Origin: an uncultured Chromatiales bacterium
GTDB taxonomy: Bacteria > Pseudomonadota > Gammaproteobacteria > CBFCYW01
Reading direction: 5' to 3'
Length of the DNA stretch: 64,000 nt
NCBI GenBank assembly: GCA_965602395.1
Contig: CBFCYW010000003.1
Span: 19,501 to 83,500, forward strand
How positions within the stretch are numbered: the stretch's first letter is position 1; each line of letters starts with the position of its first letter. This document shows positions 29,499 through 40,378 of the stretch, piece by piece. The position numbers and the translations under genes are program-made. A model generated the notes under the pieces. It saw nothing but the letters and a program-made list of their open reading frames with translations. It was not told the DNA's origin and ran no database searches.

Positions 29499-30059
29499 AT
29501 GAACCGAGATGAAAAGCGCCTGTTGCTGCGCGCAATCCTGAAACTGATGACCGCGGTGGCGGTGATCGTCGCTGCCGCGGTGCTGATCTCCGGGCTGTTC
29601 GGCGGCGGTGAGCGCGCACAGACCAGCCTGCGCCTGCCGCTGGATGATCTGGCCCCCGGCGAGCTGCGCCAGCTGGAGTGGGACGGCCGGCCGCTGCTGG
29701 TGCTGCACCGCGACGCGGCGATGCTGGCCGCGCTGCGCGAATCGGCACTGCGCGGCGAGCTGCGCGATGCCGACGGCGACTGGTCGCAGCAGCCCGACGG
29801 GCTGCCGGTGGCGACCCGGTCGCGGCGGCCGGAGTACTTTGTCGCGCTGGCGGTGGGTAGCGATCTGGGCTGCGCGCTGCGCTGGCTGCCGGCGGGCGGT
29901 GAGTTCCGCGGCCAGCGCTGGCCGGGCGGCTTCGCCGATACCTGTCGCGGCTCGCGCTACGATCTCGCCGGGCGGGTCTTCGACGACCAGCAGGCGCAGC
30001 GCAATCTGCGCGTGCCGGAGTACCGCATCGACGGCGCCACGCTGCTGCTCGGCGAGTAG
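29499..30059 (+). CDS. Rieske-fold protein, membrane anchored, homologous to cytochrome bc1 Rieske subunit but lacking all four [2Fe-2S] ligands
   Basis: 186 aa; TM anchor; box I GSDLGC (vs CTHLGC) and box II DTCRGSRYDLAGR (vs CPCHGSHYDxSGR); C-terminal NLRVPEY vs NLxVPPY. Confidence 0.7.
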   Translation: MNRDEKRLLLRAILKLMTAVAVIVAAAVLISGLFGGGERAQTSLRLPLDDLAPGELRQLEWDGRPLLVLHRDAAMLAALRESALRGELRDADGDWSQQPDGLPVATRSRRPEYFVALAVGSDLGCALRWLPAGGEFRGQRWPGGFADTCRGSRYDLAGRVFDDQQAQRNLRVPEYRIDGATLLLGE

Positions 30060-30092
30060 CGCGCCGTCTCGCCGCCGACTCGGCGCCGCGCC

Positions 30093-30668
30093 TCAGAGCA
30101 CCTCGCCGCCGAACTGCTCGGCGCCGGCCAGCAGCAGCTCCCACAGCGACAGCGCGAAGCCGCGCGGCAGCAGCAGGTCGTAGCCCGCAGCGTGGCGCCA
30201 CAGGGTCACCCCGGCGTGGTGAAAGGCGGTGCTGGCCAGCGCGCCCACCGGGAAGCTGGCGTCGCGCAGATCCAGCGGCAGTTGCCGGTTGAGCAGTTCC
30301 GCGGCCTGCGGCCCGCAGATGCGCAGCCGGGTGCGCGAGTGCGACTGATCGAGGGTGACCGCGCGGCTGGCGTCGCTGAAGGTCGTGGCCAGTTTGCGGT
30401 CGCCGTCGATCAGCCACCACTTCAGCGGTTCGACGCGCAGCAGCGTGCCGCGCTCGGTGATGGCCGCCCGGCAGGCGCCGGGGGCGGCGTCGATGCCCAG
30501 CTGCGCGGCCAGTTCGGCGCCGACATCGGCCAGCGTGTCCGGCCAGGCGGCGATCTGCAACAGCGACAGCCCGCGGACCTCGCTGAGGCTTACGCCGCTG
30601 TCGATATCGGCCGCGCCGAGGCGGCCGCGGGGGTAGTTCGCGCTCAGCGCGGAAGCTCGCTCAGCCAT
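30093..30668 (-). CDS. soxG: sarcosine oxidase gamma subunit
   Basis: about 191 aa from MAERASAL; immediately downstream of soxA with 8-nt overlap; SoxG-like size and composition. Confidence 0.7.
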   Translation of the reverse strand: MAERASALSANYPRGRLGAADIDSGVSLSEVRGLSLLQIAAWPDTLADVGAELAAQLGIDAAPGACRAAITERGTLLRVEPLKWWLIDGDRKLATTFSDASRAVTLDQSHSRTRLRICGPQAAELLNRQLPLDLRDASFPVGALASTAFHHAGVTLWRHAAGYDLLLPRGFALSLWELLLAGAEQFGGEVL

Positions 30669-33639
30669 GCATTCTCTCTCCGCTGGGGTCGAACATGTGC
30701 GGGGAAACCACTTCGACTTCGATGTTGCCCTTGCGCACCGGGTCGGCGGCCACCAGCGTTTTGCCGGCCCAGGCCTGGTGGCCGCCGCGGACGAAGCCGA
30801 GGCCGATCCAGTGGCCCAGCGCCGGCGAGTGGGTGACGCCGGTGATCCAGCCCTCACCGAGGCCTTCGACGCGCTCGGCGGCGCACAGGATGCTGCCCGA
30901 GTTGAAGGTTTGGCTGCGGTCTTTGGGGAAGATGCCCACCAGCCGCGGGCGATCCTCGCGCAGCAGCTCGGGGCGCTGCTGCATGACGCTGCCGATGTAG
31001 GATTTTTTCTGCGATGCCATGCCGCCGAGGCCGGCGTCTTCGATGCTCACCCGGCCGTCCAGTTCGGCGCCGGTGACGTGGCCCTTTTCGATCCGCAGCG
31101 TGCCCAGTGCTTCGAGGCCGTAGAGGCAGCCGCCGCGCGCTTCGGCCTGCGCCCAGAGCATGTCCATCATCTGCTCGGCGTGATCGGCGCCGACGTAGAC
31201 CTCGTAGGCGCGCTCACCGGAGAAGCTGATGCGCGCGATGCGGCAGGGAATGCCGCCGGTCATCATCGTCTCGCGCACGCCCATGAAGGGGAAGGCCTCG
31301 TTGTCCATCATCTGCGGATCTTCGAGGCAGGCGGCGATGCATTCGCGCGACTGCGGGCCGGCCACCGCGCAGCCGCCCCACTGGTCGGAGACCGAGCTGA
31401 CGTGGACCTTCAGATCCGGCCAGCGGGTCTGCAGCAGCTCCTCCAGCCAGACCATCACCTTGGCCGCGTTGGCGGTGGTGGTGGTCATGAAGAAGTCGTC
31501 CTCGCTGATCCGCCAGGTGGTGCCGTCGTCCATCACGATGCCGTCGTCGCGCAGCATGATGCCGTAGCGCGCCTTGCCCACCGGCAGCTTGGCGAAGGCG
31601 TTGCTGTACACGCGGTTGAGCAGGGTGGAGGCATCCGGCCCCTGAATGGCGATCTTGCCCAGGCTGCTGACGTCGCATAGGCCGACCGTCTCGCGCACCG
31701 TGGTCGCCTCGCGCACGTAGGCTTCGCCGAGGCCCTCGCCGGCGCGCGGGTAGTACCAGGGGCGGTGCCACAGCCCGGCCATGGTCATCACCCCGCCGCG
31801 GGCCAGGTTCCAGTCGTGCATCGGCGTGCGCCGCAGGCAGCGGAAGTGCTCGCCGCTGTTGCGCCCGGTGAGCGCGCCGATCGATACCGGCGTGTACGGC
31901 GGGCGGAAGGTGGTGGTGCCGACCTCGGGGATCTCGCGGCCCAGCGCGTCGGCCATCAGCGCCAGGCCGATGACATTGCCCATCTTGCCCTGATCGTTGG
32001 CCATGCCCAGCGTGGTGTAGCGCTTGAGGTGCTCGACCGAGACGAAGCCCTCGCGGTGGGCGAGGCGCACGTCGTCGGCGGTCACATCGTGCTGCGGATC
32101 GACGAAGCTCTTCAGCTTTTCGCCGTCGACGACCACTTCGTAGAGCGGCTGGATCGGCTGCTGCCAGCCGCCGCGCGCCGGCATCGCCACCACGGCTGTC
32201 GATTGGCCCAGTGCGGCGATCGCCCGCGCCGCGGCGGCGCGCCCGGACTGCTCGCAGGCGGTGGTATTCCAGATGCCCGCGGCGCTGCCGGCGACGAAGA
32301 TGTTCTCTTCGCTGTCGCCGGGCACGAAGCAGGTCAGCTCGGCATCCCACACCGGTTTGACGCCGCGGTGCGAGAGCAGGTTGACCACCGGCGACCAGCC
32401 GCCGGAGACCAGCAGCGCGTCGCAGGGCCGCGCGCCGTCGGCGCGCCAGCCGCTGCCGGCGGCGCTGGCGATCTCCACCCCCTGCACGCCCTTGGCGCCG
32501 TTGGCGCGCAGCGGCGCGCTGCCGCTGAGCAGCTCGACGCCGCTGTCGCCGAGCGTCGCGCGCAGCTCCTCGGATACTGTCTGGCGGGCGTCGAGCAGGC
32601 TCACGCTGGCGCCGGCGCGGGCCAGTTCGGCGGCGCCGGCGTAGGCCGAGTCGTTGTTGCTGGCGATTACCACGCGCTGTCCGGCGAGCACGCCGAAGCG
32701 GTTCAGGTAGCTGCGCGCCGCGGCCGCGCCCATCACCCCCGGGCGGTCGTTGTCGCCGAAGGCGATGTGTCGCTCGATGGCGCCGCTGGCGAGTACCACG
32801 GCGCGCGGCCGCAAATACCAGAAGCGCTGCCGCGGCAGCTGCGCGCCGGGGTTCGGCAGGTGGTCGGTGACGCGCTCCAGCAGGCCGGCGACGAGGTTGT
32901 CGTAGAGGCCGAAGGCGGTGGTGCGACGCAGGATGCGCACGCCGGCGGCCTCGGCTCGGGCGACCAGTTCGTCGGGGTCGGCATCGGGCTGGTTGAGGTA
33001 GTCGCCGCCGAGGGCGAAATCCTGCTCCACCAGCCACACGTCGAGGCCCGCCTCGGCGGCGCTCAGCGCGGCGTGCAGGCCGGCCGGGCCGGCGCCGACG
33101 ACCAGCAGATCGCAGAAGCCGTGGGCGTGTTCGTAGCTGTCCGGGTCCGGCGCGCGCGAGGCCTCGCCCATGCCGGCGGCCTTGCGGATGAGCTTCTCGT
33201 ACTGCATCCACAGGCCGGTGCCCCTGCCCCACTCGAAGGGCGGCAGGCCCATGAAGGTCTTGTAGTAAAAGCCGGCGGAGAAGAAGCGGCCGAACAGGCC
33301 GTTCAGTGCGTTGACGTCGAAGCGCACGCTGGGCCAGGCGTTCTGGCCGTGGGCGGCGAGGCCGTCGAACAGCTCGCAGGTGGTGGCGCGCACGTTGGGG
33401 TCGCGGCGCTCGTGGCTGCCCACGGTGACCAGTGCGCCGGATTCCTCGACCCCGGCGGACATCACCCCGCGCGGGCGGTGGTACTTGAAGCTGCGGGCGA
33501 GGATCTGCTCGCCGCTGGCCAGCAGCGCCGAGGCCAGGGTGTCGCCGGGGTGGCCCTGGTACTGGCGGTCGTCCCAGCTGAAGTCAAGCGCTTGCGTGCG
33601 GTCGATGCGACCGCCGCTGGCGAGGCGGGTGGCGCTCAT
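30661..33639 (-). CDS. soxA: sarcosine oxidase alpha subunit (heterotetrameric SoxBDAG)
   Basis: 992 aa from MSATRLASGGRIDRTQALDFSWDDRQYQGH; NAD/FAD-binding N-terminal domains plus C-terminal aminomethyltransferase (GcvT) fold; ATGA overlap with soxD stop. Confidence 0.92.
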   Translation of the reverse strand: MSATRLASGGRIDRTQALDFSWDDRQYQGHPGDTLASALLASGEQILARSFKYHRPRGVMSAGVEESGALVTVGSHERRDPNVRATTCELFDGLAAHGQNAWPSVRFDVNALNGLFGRFFSAGFYYKTFMGLPPFEWGRGTGLWMQYEKLIRKAAGMGEASRAPDPDSYEHAHGFCDLLVVGAGPAGLHAALSAAEAGLDVWLVEQDFALGGDYLNQPDADPDELVARAEAAGVRILRRTTAFGLYDNLVAGLLERVTDHLPNPGAQLPRQRFWYLRPRAVVLASGAIERHIAFGDNDRPGVMGAAAARSYLNRFGVLAGQRVVIASNNDSAYAGAAELARAGASVSLLDARQTVSEELRATLGDSGVELLSGSAPLRANGAKGVQGVEIASAAGSGWRADGARPCDALLVSGGWSPVVNLLSHRGVKPVWDAELTCFVPGDSEENIFVAGSAAGIWNTTACEQSGRAAAARAIAALGQSTAVVAMPARGGWQQPIQPLYEVVVDGEKLKSFVDPQHDVTADDVRLAHREGFVSVEHLKRYTTLGMANDQGKMGNVIGLALMADALGREIPEVGTTTFRPPYTPVSIGALTGRNSGEHFRCLRRTPMHDWNLARGGVMTMAGLWHRPWYYPRAGEGLGEAYVREATTVRETVGLCDVSSLGKIAIQGPDASTLLNRVYSNAFAKLPVGKARYGIMLRDDGIVMDDGTTWRISEDDFFMTTTTANAAKVMVWLEELLQTRWPDLKVHVSSVSDQWGGCAVAGPQSRECIAACLEDPQMMDNEAFPFMGVRETMMTGGIPCRIARISFSGERAYEVYVGADHAEQMMDMLWAQAEARGGCLYGLEALGTLRIEKGHVTGAELDGRVSIEDAGLGGMASQKKSYIGSVMQQRPELLREDRPRLVGIFPKDRSQTFNSGSILCAAERVEGLGEGWITGVTHSPALGHWIGLGFVRGGHQAWAGKTLVAADPVRKGNIEVEVVSPHMFDPSGERMHG

Positions 33640-33920
33640 CGCTGTGCCTCCAGCGCCTGTGCGATGCCGGCGTGGGCCGGGCGCACGCTGCGGATTTCGT
33701 GGCTCAGGGTGTCGCGCTCGACCAGCAGCCACAGGCGGCAGCCGCTGCTGTGCTGCCAGGTTTCGGTCTGCATGCCGCGGATGTTGTCGCGCAGGAAGAT
33801 GGCGTCGTGCCACTGTTCGGCCGGGGCGTCCAGCTCGGGGTATTCGATCGAGCCGTCGCCGCCGTAGCTGAATTCGCTGTGGTCGCGCTCGCCGCAGAAG
33901 GGACAGGGAATACGGATCAC
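33636..33920 (-). CDS. soxD: sarcosine oxidase delta subunit
   Basis: 94 aa, GTG start with GAGGA RBS: (M)IRIPCPFCGERDHSEFSYGGD...; Cys-rich zinc-ribbon-like N-terminus typical of SoxD. Confidence 0.8.
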   Translation of the reverse strand: MIRIPCPFCGERDHSEFSYGGDGSIEYPELDAPAEQWHDAIFLRDNIRGMQTETWQHSSGCRLWLLVERDTLSHEIRSVRPAHAGIAQALEAQR

Positions 33921-33931
33921 TTTGTTCGTCC

Positions 33932-35230
33932 TCAGCCGTGCAGTTTCGGGTCTGGCCCGGCGCCGCGCTCGTCGATGATCACGCCGCGCTCGAAGCGCTT
34001 CAGATCGTGGTTGGCGATCACCTCGTGGGGGCGGTCGTTGGCGATCAGGTCGGCAAAGTACCAGCCCGAGGCGGGGCTGGCCTTGAAGCCGCCGTAGTTC
34101 CAGCCGGCGTTCAGGTAGAGGTTGTCCAGCGGCGTCTTGCAGATGAACGGCGAGCCGTCCATCGACATGTCCATCACCCCCGACCAGTGGCGCAGCAGGC
34201 GCACCCGGCCGAGGCAGGGCAGGATCGACATGGCCGCTTCGGCGGTGTCCTGCACGATCGGCAGATTGCCCTTCTGCGCGTAGGACTTGTACCAGTCGAT
34301 GTCGCCGCCGAAGACCATCCCGCCCTTGTCCGACTGCGAGATGTAGAAGTGCGCGCCGCCGACGCCGAACACCACCACCTGATCGAGCAGCGGCTTGAGC
34401 GGCTCGCTGACGAAGGCCTGCAGCTTGTGCGATTCGATCGGCAGGCGGCCGAGGCCGGCCATCTGCCACAGCCGCGAGCTGTTGCCGGCGACGGCGAAGC
34501 CGATCTTTTTGCCGTCGATCGGCCCGCGCGAGGTATCCACGCCGACGATCCGCGCGCCGTCGCGGCGCACCCCGGTGACCTCGCAGTTCTGGATGATATC
34601 CACGCCCAGCGCGTCGGCGGCGCGGGCGTAGCCCCAGGCGACCGCGTCGTGGCGCGCGGTGCCGGCGCGGCGCTGCACCGCGGCGCCGATGATCGGAAAG
34701 CGCGCGTTGTTGTAGTCGAGGTGCGGGATCTCGCGCTTGAGGGTGTCCAGATCCCACAGCTCACCGTCGCTGCCGGTCAGGCGCATGCTGTTGTAGCGGC
34801 GCGCCGCGGCGTCGCGCGCGGCGGGGCTGTGGAACAGGCTGACGTGGGCGCGCTGGCTGAACATGACGTTGTAGTTCAGCTCGTGGCTGAGCTCCTCCCA
34901 GAGGCGCAGCGAGTGCTCGTAGAACTCGCGGTTGCCCGGCATCATGTAGTTGGAGCGCACGATGGTGGTGTTGCGCCCGGCGTTGCCGCCGCCCAGCCAG
35001 CCCTTTTCCAGCACCGCGACGCGGCTGATGCCGTGGTTCTTCGCCAGATAGTAGGCGGTGGCCAGGCCGTGCAGACCGGCGCCGACGATGATCGCGTCGT
35101 ACTCGGCCTGCGGCTCGGGATCGCGCCATTGCCGCGACCAGCCACGCTGGCCGGTGAAGCCGTTGCGGATCACATTCCATGCGGAAAAACGTGTCATGGG
35201 CAGTTCTTTCGTTGGCTCGTGTGTGGGCAC
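33932..35230 (-). CDS. soxB: sarcosine oxidase beta subunit
   Basis: FAD dinucleotide fold YDAIIVGAGLHGLATAYYLA; covalent-FMN His region; possible alternative start at MTRFSAW (35197). Confidence 0.9.
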   Translation of the reverse strand: MPTHEPTKELPMTRFSAWNVIRNGFTGQRGWSRQWRDPEPQAEYDAIIVGAGLHGLATAYYLAKNHGISRVAVLEKGWLGGGNAGRNTTIVRSNYMMPGNREFYEHSLRLWEELSHELNYNVMFSQRAHVSLFHSPAARDAAARRYNSMRLTGSDGELWDLDTLKREIPHLDYNNARFPIIGAAVQRRAGTARHDAVAWGYARAADALGVDIIQNCEVTGVRRDGARIVGVDTSRGPIDGKKIGFAVAGNSSRLWQMAGLGRLPIESHKLQAFVSEPLKPLLDQVVVFGVGGAHFYISQSDKGGMVFGGDIDWYKSYAQKGNLPIVQDTAEAAMSILPCLGRVRLLRHWSGVMDMSMDGSPFICKTPLDNLYLNAGWNYGGFKASPASGWYFADLIANDRPHEVIANHDLKRFERGVIIDERGAGPDPKLHG

Positions 35231-35276
35231 CCGCGGCCGCGCCGGGGGCTGAAAATCTGTCTTTTGCCGCAGCCGC

Positions 35277-35489
35277 TCAGTAGTGCGGCGGGCGCTCGTC
35301 GAGCGGCTCGCCGCCGCCCGTTGCCGCGGGGTTTTCGGCCGCCGCCGCAGCGCGCTTTTCCAGCAGCTCCAGGCGTGCGCCGAGCTGCTCGATCAGCGCG
35401 TGCTGGCGGGTGATCACCGCGTTCAGCTCATCCACCGTGTGCTCCAGCAGGGTGAGCTTGATCTCGACTTCCTCGATGCGCTGTTCCAC
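35277..35489 (-). CDS. slyX: SlyX family protein
   Basis: 70 aa coiled-coil MEQRIEEVEIKLTLLEHTVDELNAVITRQHALIEQL. Confidence 0.8.
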   Translation of the reverse strand: MEQRIEEVEIKLTLLEHTVDELNAVITRQHALIEQLGARLELLEKRAAAAAENPAATGGGEPLDERPPHY

Positions 35490-35726
35490 CGTCTGTCTCC
35501 GCCTCGCAAAGCGCCGAATTGTGCGCCGCTGCGGAGCCGCGCGCCAGACTCTGGCGGGCGTCGGTGGCGGGTGCGTGCAAGGCTTTGCGAAGCGACCCGC
35601 AAATGGCCCGAAAGCCGCGCTGGCCGGGGTGCCCGATGCGCATTCGAGGCCATGTTAGGGCGCGCCGCAGGGTGGAATTTGTACCGCGGCGACATCCGTG
35701 GCGACGCGACCGTCACCGCCGCGCGA

Positions 35727-36212
35727 TCAGCTCAGGCGGTAGCGGCGGCGCAGGTCGCGCAGGATGATGAATGCCCAGGGCCAGAGCACGATGGCGAGCA
35801 GCGAGGGCGCGTAGTAGAGGGGAATGTTGGCCGGCATGCGGCCGATGGCGCCATCGACCCACAGCACGATCGACTGCTTGAATGCCAGCAGCAGCATGAT
35901 GATCAGCCCCTGCTGGCCGAGCGGGGCGATGCGGATCTGCTGGTAGCTGCGCGCGGCGATGTAGACGATCACCGACAGCCCCAGCGCGTGCTGGCCGAGC
36001 AGTGTGCCGTGGGCCACGTCGAGCAGCAGGCCGAGCAGCCAGGCGCTGCCGATGCCGAAGGCGCGCGGGATGGCCAGCGCCCAGTAGAGGGCGACGATGC
36101 TCAGCCAGTCCGGACGGAAGGGGCGCGCCCAGGGCGGCAGCGGCAGCATCATCAGCAACAGCGCCACCAGCAGGGTCAGCGGCACGATCCAGAAATTGCG
36201 CACGTGGATCAT
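35727..36212 (-). CDS. mreD: rod shape-determining protein MreD
   Basis: 161 aa, 5 TM; overlaps mreC stop; mreBCD order. Confidence 0.85.
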   Translation of the reverse strand: MIHVRNFWIVPLTLLVALLLMMLPLPPWARPFRPDWLSIVALYWALAIPRAFGIGSAWLLGLLLDVAHGTLLGQHALGLSVIVYIAARSYQQIRIAPLGQQGLIIMLLLAFKQSIVLWVDGAIGRMPANIPLYYAPSLLAIVLWPWAFIILRDLRRRYRLS

Positions 36213-37204
36213 TGCCGGCTCTCCGCTGCGCCGTGCTCAACGCTGCCGAGCGCATCGCCATCGCCATCGCCATCGCCGATGCTGCCGGGCAGCGCCGGGG
36301 CGCTGCCGTCGGGCAGTTCTGGCGTGGGGTAGTCGGGGGCGCTGGGTATCAGCTCCGCGGGGATGTCGTCGATGGCGCCGCGGCGCGGCTCGCGCCACAC
36401 CAGCAGCACCTCGCGGGAGCGGTCGAGCAGCGCGCTGGGGCGGGCGAAAACGCGCGCGAAAGCGCGCCCGCGCGGGCGCTCGACCTCGGTCACCGTGGCC
36501 ACCGGGTAGTCGGGCGGGAAGCGCCCGCCGAGCCCCGAGCTGAGCAGCGTGTCGCCGACTTCGACATCGGCGCTGGCGGGGATGTGCAGCAGCTCGATGC
36601 GGTCCGAGCGGCCGACGCCGCGGGCGATCGCGCGCAGGCCGTTGCGCAGCACCTCCACCGGCAGGGCGTGGCTGGGGTCGGAGATCAGCAGCGCCACGGC
36701 GCTGTCGCCGGCAACCTCGATCACCTGACCCATCACCCCCAGCGCATCGACCAGTGGCTGACCGCTGTAGACGCCGTCGTCGCTGCCCTTGTCGATCACC
36801 ACCTGCTGGCGATAGGGGTCCAGATCCACCGCCAGCAGCTCGGCGACCAGTACGTCCTGCTCGACGCGCGCCGCGGCGTGCAGCAGTTCGCGCAGGCGGA
36901 CGTTCTCGTTGCTCAGGGCGTCGAAGCGCTGCTGGCGGGCGCGCAGCGACAGGTTTTCGGCGCGCAGGCGGGTGTTCTCACTGGTCAGCATGTCGCGGCT
37001 GTTGAGGTTCTCCAGCAGCCAGCTGGCGGCGTCGGCGGGCAGGTTGACCAGATACTGCACCGGGTACAGGCCCTGCAGGATCGCGGTGCGGACTGTTTTC
37101 AGGTGGTGGAAGCGGTGGTCGGTGGTCATCACCAGCAGCGATAGCACCACCAGCAGCAGCAGGCGCAGGGTGAGACCGGCGGCCTGTTGAAAGAGCGGTT
37201 GCAT
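36209..37204 (-). CDS. mreC: rod shape-determining protein MreC
   Basis: 331 aa; N-terminal TM, coiled-coil (LRARQQRFDALSNENVRLRELL) and beta-domain. Confidence 0.9.
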   Translation of the reverse strand: MQPLFQQAAGLTLRLLLLVVLSLLVMTTDHRFHHLKTVRTAILQGLYPVQYLVNLPADAASWLLENLNSRDMLTSENTRLRAENLSLRARQQRFDALSNENVRLRELLHAAARVEQDVLVAELLAVDLDPYRQQVVIDKGSDDGVYSGQPLVDALGVMGQVIEVAGDSAVALLISDPSHALPVEVLRNGLRAIARGVGRSDRIELLHIPASADVEVGDTLLSSGLGGRFPPDYPVATVTEVERPRGRAFARVFARPSALLDRSREVLLVWREPRRGAIDDIPAELIPSAPDYPTPELPDGSAPALPGSIGDGDGDGDALGSVEHGAAESRQ

Positions 37205-37228
37205 GGCAGGGGACCGCGCGCGGTCGCG

Positions 37229-38484
<1,256 letters not shown>

Positions 38485-38772
38485 ATGTCACTGCAAGACG
38501 ATCAAGTCAGAAGCATCGCTCATCTGGCGCGCCTGGCCATCGCCGACGAGGACGTGCCCGGCTACGCCGAGAGCCTGTCCAGCATTCTCGCACTGGTCGA
38601 GCAGCTCGACGCGCTGGACACCGCCGGCGTCGAACCCATGGCGCACCCGCTGCACGCCACCCAGCGGCTGCGCGAAGACGTTGTTAGTGAAGAGAATCTG
38701 CGCGAGCAGTACCAGGCCTGCGCGCCGGCGGTGGAGGATGGCCTCTATCTCGTGCCGCGCGTGATCGAGTGA
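38485..38772 (+). CDS. gatC: Asp-tRNA(Asn)/Glu-tRNA(Gln) amidotransferase subunit C
   Basis: 95 aa [19 protein letters not shown]... Confidence 0.93.
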   Translation: MSLQDDQVRSIAHLARLAIADEDVPGYAESLSSILALVEQLDALDTAGVEPMAHPLHATQRLREDVVSEENLREQYQACAPAVEDGLYLVPRVIE

Positions 38773-38797
38773 GCGACCACCGGATACCCCCGCCGAC

Positions 38798-40252
38798 ATG
38801 CACCAGAAAACCCTCAGCGAGCTGGCCGCCGCGCTGGCCGATGGCAGTCTCGGCAGCGTCGAGCTGACCGAGCACTACCTGGCCCGCATCGCCGCCCACG
38901 ACGGCGAGCTCAACAGCTTTATTACCGTCACGCAGGAAAGCGCGCTGCAGGCTGCGCGCGCCGCCGACGCCGCCCGCGCCGCCGGCCGCGCCGGGCCGCT
39001 CACCGGCCTGCCGATCGCCCACAAGGACATCTTCTGCACCGAGGGCCTGCGCACCTCCTGCGGCTCGCGGATGCTCGACAACTTCGTCTCGCCCTACGAT
39101 GCACACGTCGTCAGCGCGCTGAAAAGCGCCGGCACGGTGATGCTCGGCAAGACCAATATGGACGAGTTTGCCATGGGCTCGTCGAACGAAACCAGCTTTT
39201 ACGGCGCAGTGAAAAACCCCTGGAATGCGACGCGCGTGCCCGGTGGTTCCTCCGGCGGCTCGGCCGCGGCGGTGGCTGCGCGGCTGGCTCCGGCGGCCAC
39301 CGGTACCGACACCGGCGGCTCGATCCGCCAGCCGGCGGCGCTGACCGGCATCACCGGCCTCAAGCCCACTTACGGGCGGGTCTCGCGCTACGGCATGATC
39401 GCCTTTGCGTCGAGCCTCGACCAGGGCGGGCCGATGGCGCAGAGCGCCGAGGACTGCGCCTTGCTGCTGGGCGCGATGGCCGGCTTCGACGCGCGCGACT
39501 CCACCAGCCTGCAGCGCGAGGTGCCCGACTACCGCGCCGCGCTGAACGACTCGCTGGACGGCCTGCGCATCGGCCTGCCGAAGGAGTACTTCGGCGAGGG
39601 TCTGGACGACGCCATCGCCAGCGCGGTGACCAGCGCGGTCGCCGAGCTGGAAAAGCTCGGCGCCAGCGTGGTGGAGATCTCGCTGCCCAATCAGGGCCTG
39701 GCGGTGCCGGTCTACTACGTGGTCGCCCCGGCCGAGGCCAGCGCCAACCTGTCGCGCTTCGACGGCGTGCGTTTCGGCCACCGCTGCGATGATCCCGCCG
39801 ATCTCGAAGACCTCTACAAGCGCAGCCGTGGCGAGGGCTTCGGCGCCGAGGTCAAGCGACGCATCATGGTCGGCACCTACGCGCTCTCCGCCGGCTACTA
39901 CGACGCCTACTACCTGAAGGCTCAGCAGGCCCGCCAGCTGATCAGTCGCGACTTCAGCGAAGCCTTCGAGCAGGTCGATCTGATCGCCGGCCCGGCCACC
40001 CCGAGCACCGCTTTCGGCATCGGCGAAAAGACCGACGACCCGGTCGCCATGTACCTCAACGACCTGTACACCATCGCCGCCAATCTCGCCGGCCTGCCGG
40101 GCATCTCGCTGCCCTGCGGCAGCAGCGCCGGCCTGCCGATCGGCCTGCAACTGGTCGGCCGGCACTTCGACGAAGCGCGCCTGCTCAACGTCGCGCACCG
40201 CTACCAGCAGGTCAGCGACTGGCACCGGCGGATGCCGGCGGCGTTTCAATAA
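38798..40252 (+). CDS. gatA: Asp-tRNA(Asn)/Glu-tRNA(Gln) amidotransferase subunit A
   Basis: 484 aa amidase signature [13 protein letters not shown], catalytic Ser/Lys. Confidence 0.96.
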   Translation: MHQKTLSELAAALADGSLGSVELTEHYLARIAAHDGELNSFITVTQESALQAARAADAARAAGRAGPLTGLPIAHKDIFCTEGLRTSCGSRMLDNFVSPYDAHVVSALKSAGTVMLGKTNMDEFAMGSSNETSFYGAVKNPWNATRVPGGSSGGSAAAVAARLAPAATGTDTGGSIRQPAALTGITGLKPTYGRVSRYGMIAFASSLDQGGPMAQSAEDCALLLGAMAGFDARDSTSLQREVPDYRAALNDSLDGLRIGLPKEYFGEGLDDAIASAVTSAVAELEKLGASVVEISLPNQGLAVPVYYVVAPAEASANLSRFDGVRFGHRCDDPADLEDLYKRSRGEGFGAEVKRRIMVGTYALSAGYYDAYYLKAQQARQLISRDFSEAFEQVDLIAGPATPSTAFGIGEKTDDPVAMYLNDLYTIAANLAGLPGISLPCGSSAGLPIGLQLVGRHFDEARLLNVAHRYQQVSDWHRRMPAAFQ

Positions 40253-40378
40253 GGACGAGCAGGGCGGGTTAGCGAAGCGTAAGCCGCCGGAAGCGCGCAC
40301 CTGGCGCGACAAAATTCCCCGAAAGGCGGGTTGCGCTGCGCTAACCCGCCCTACAAATTGACAGGCGAGTGTTCCGAC

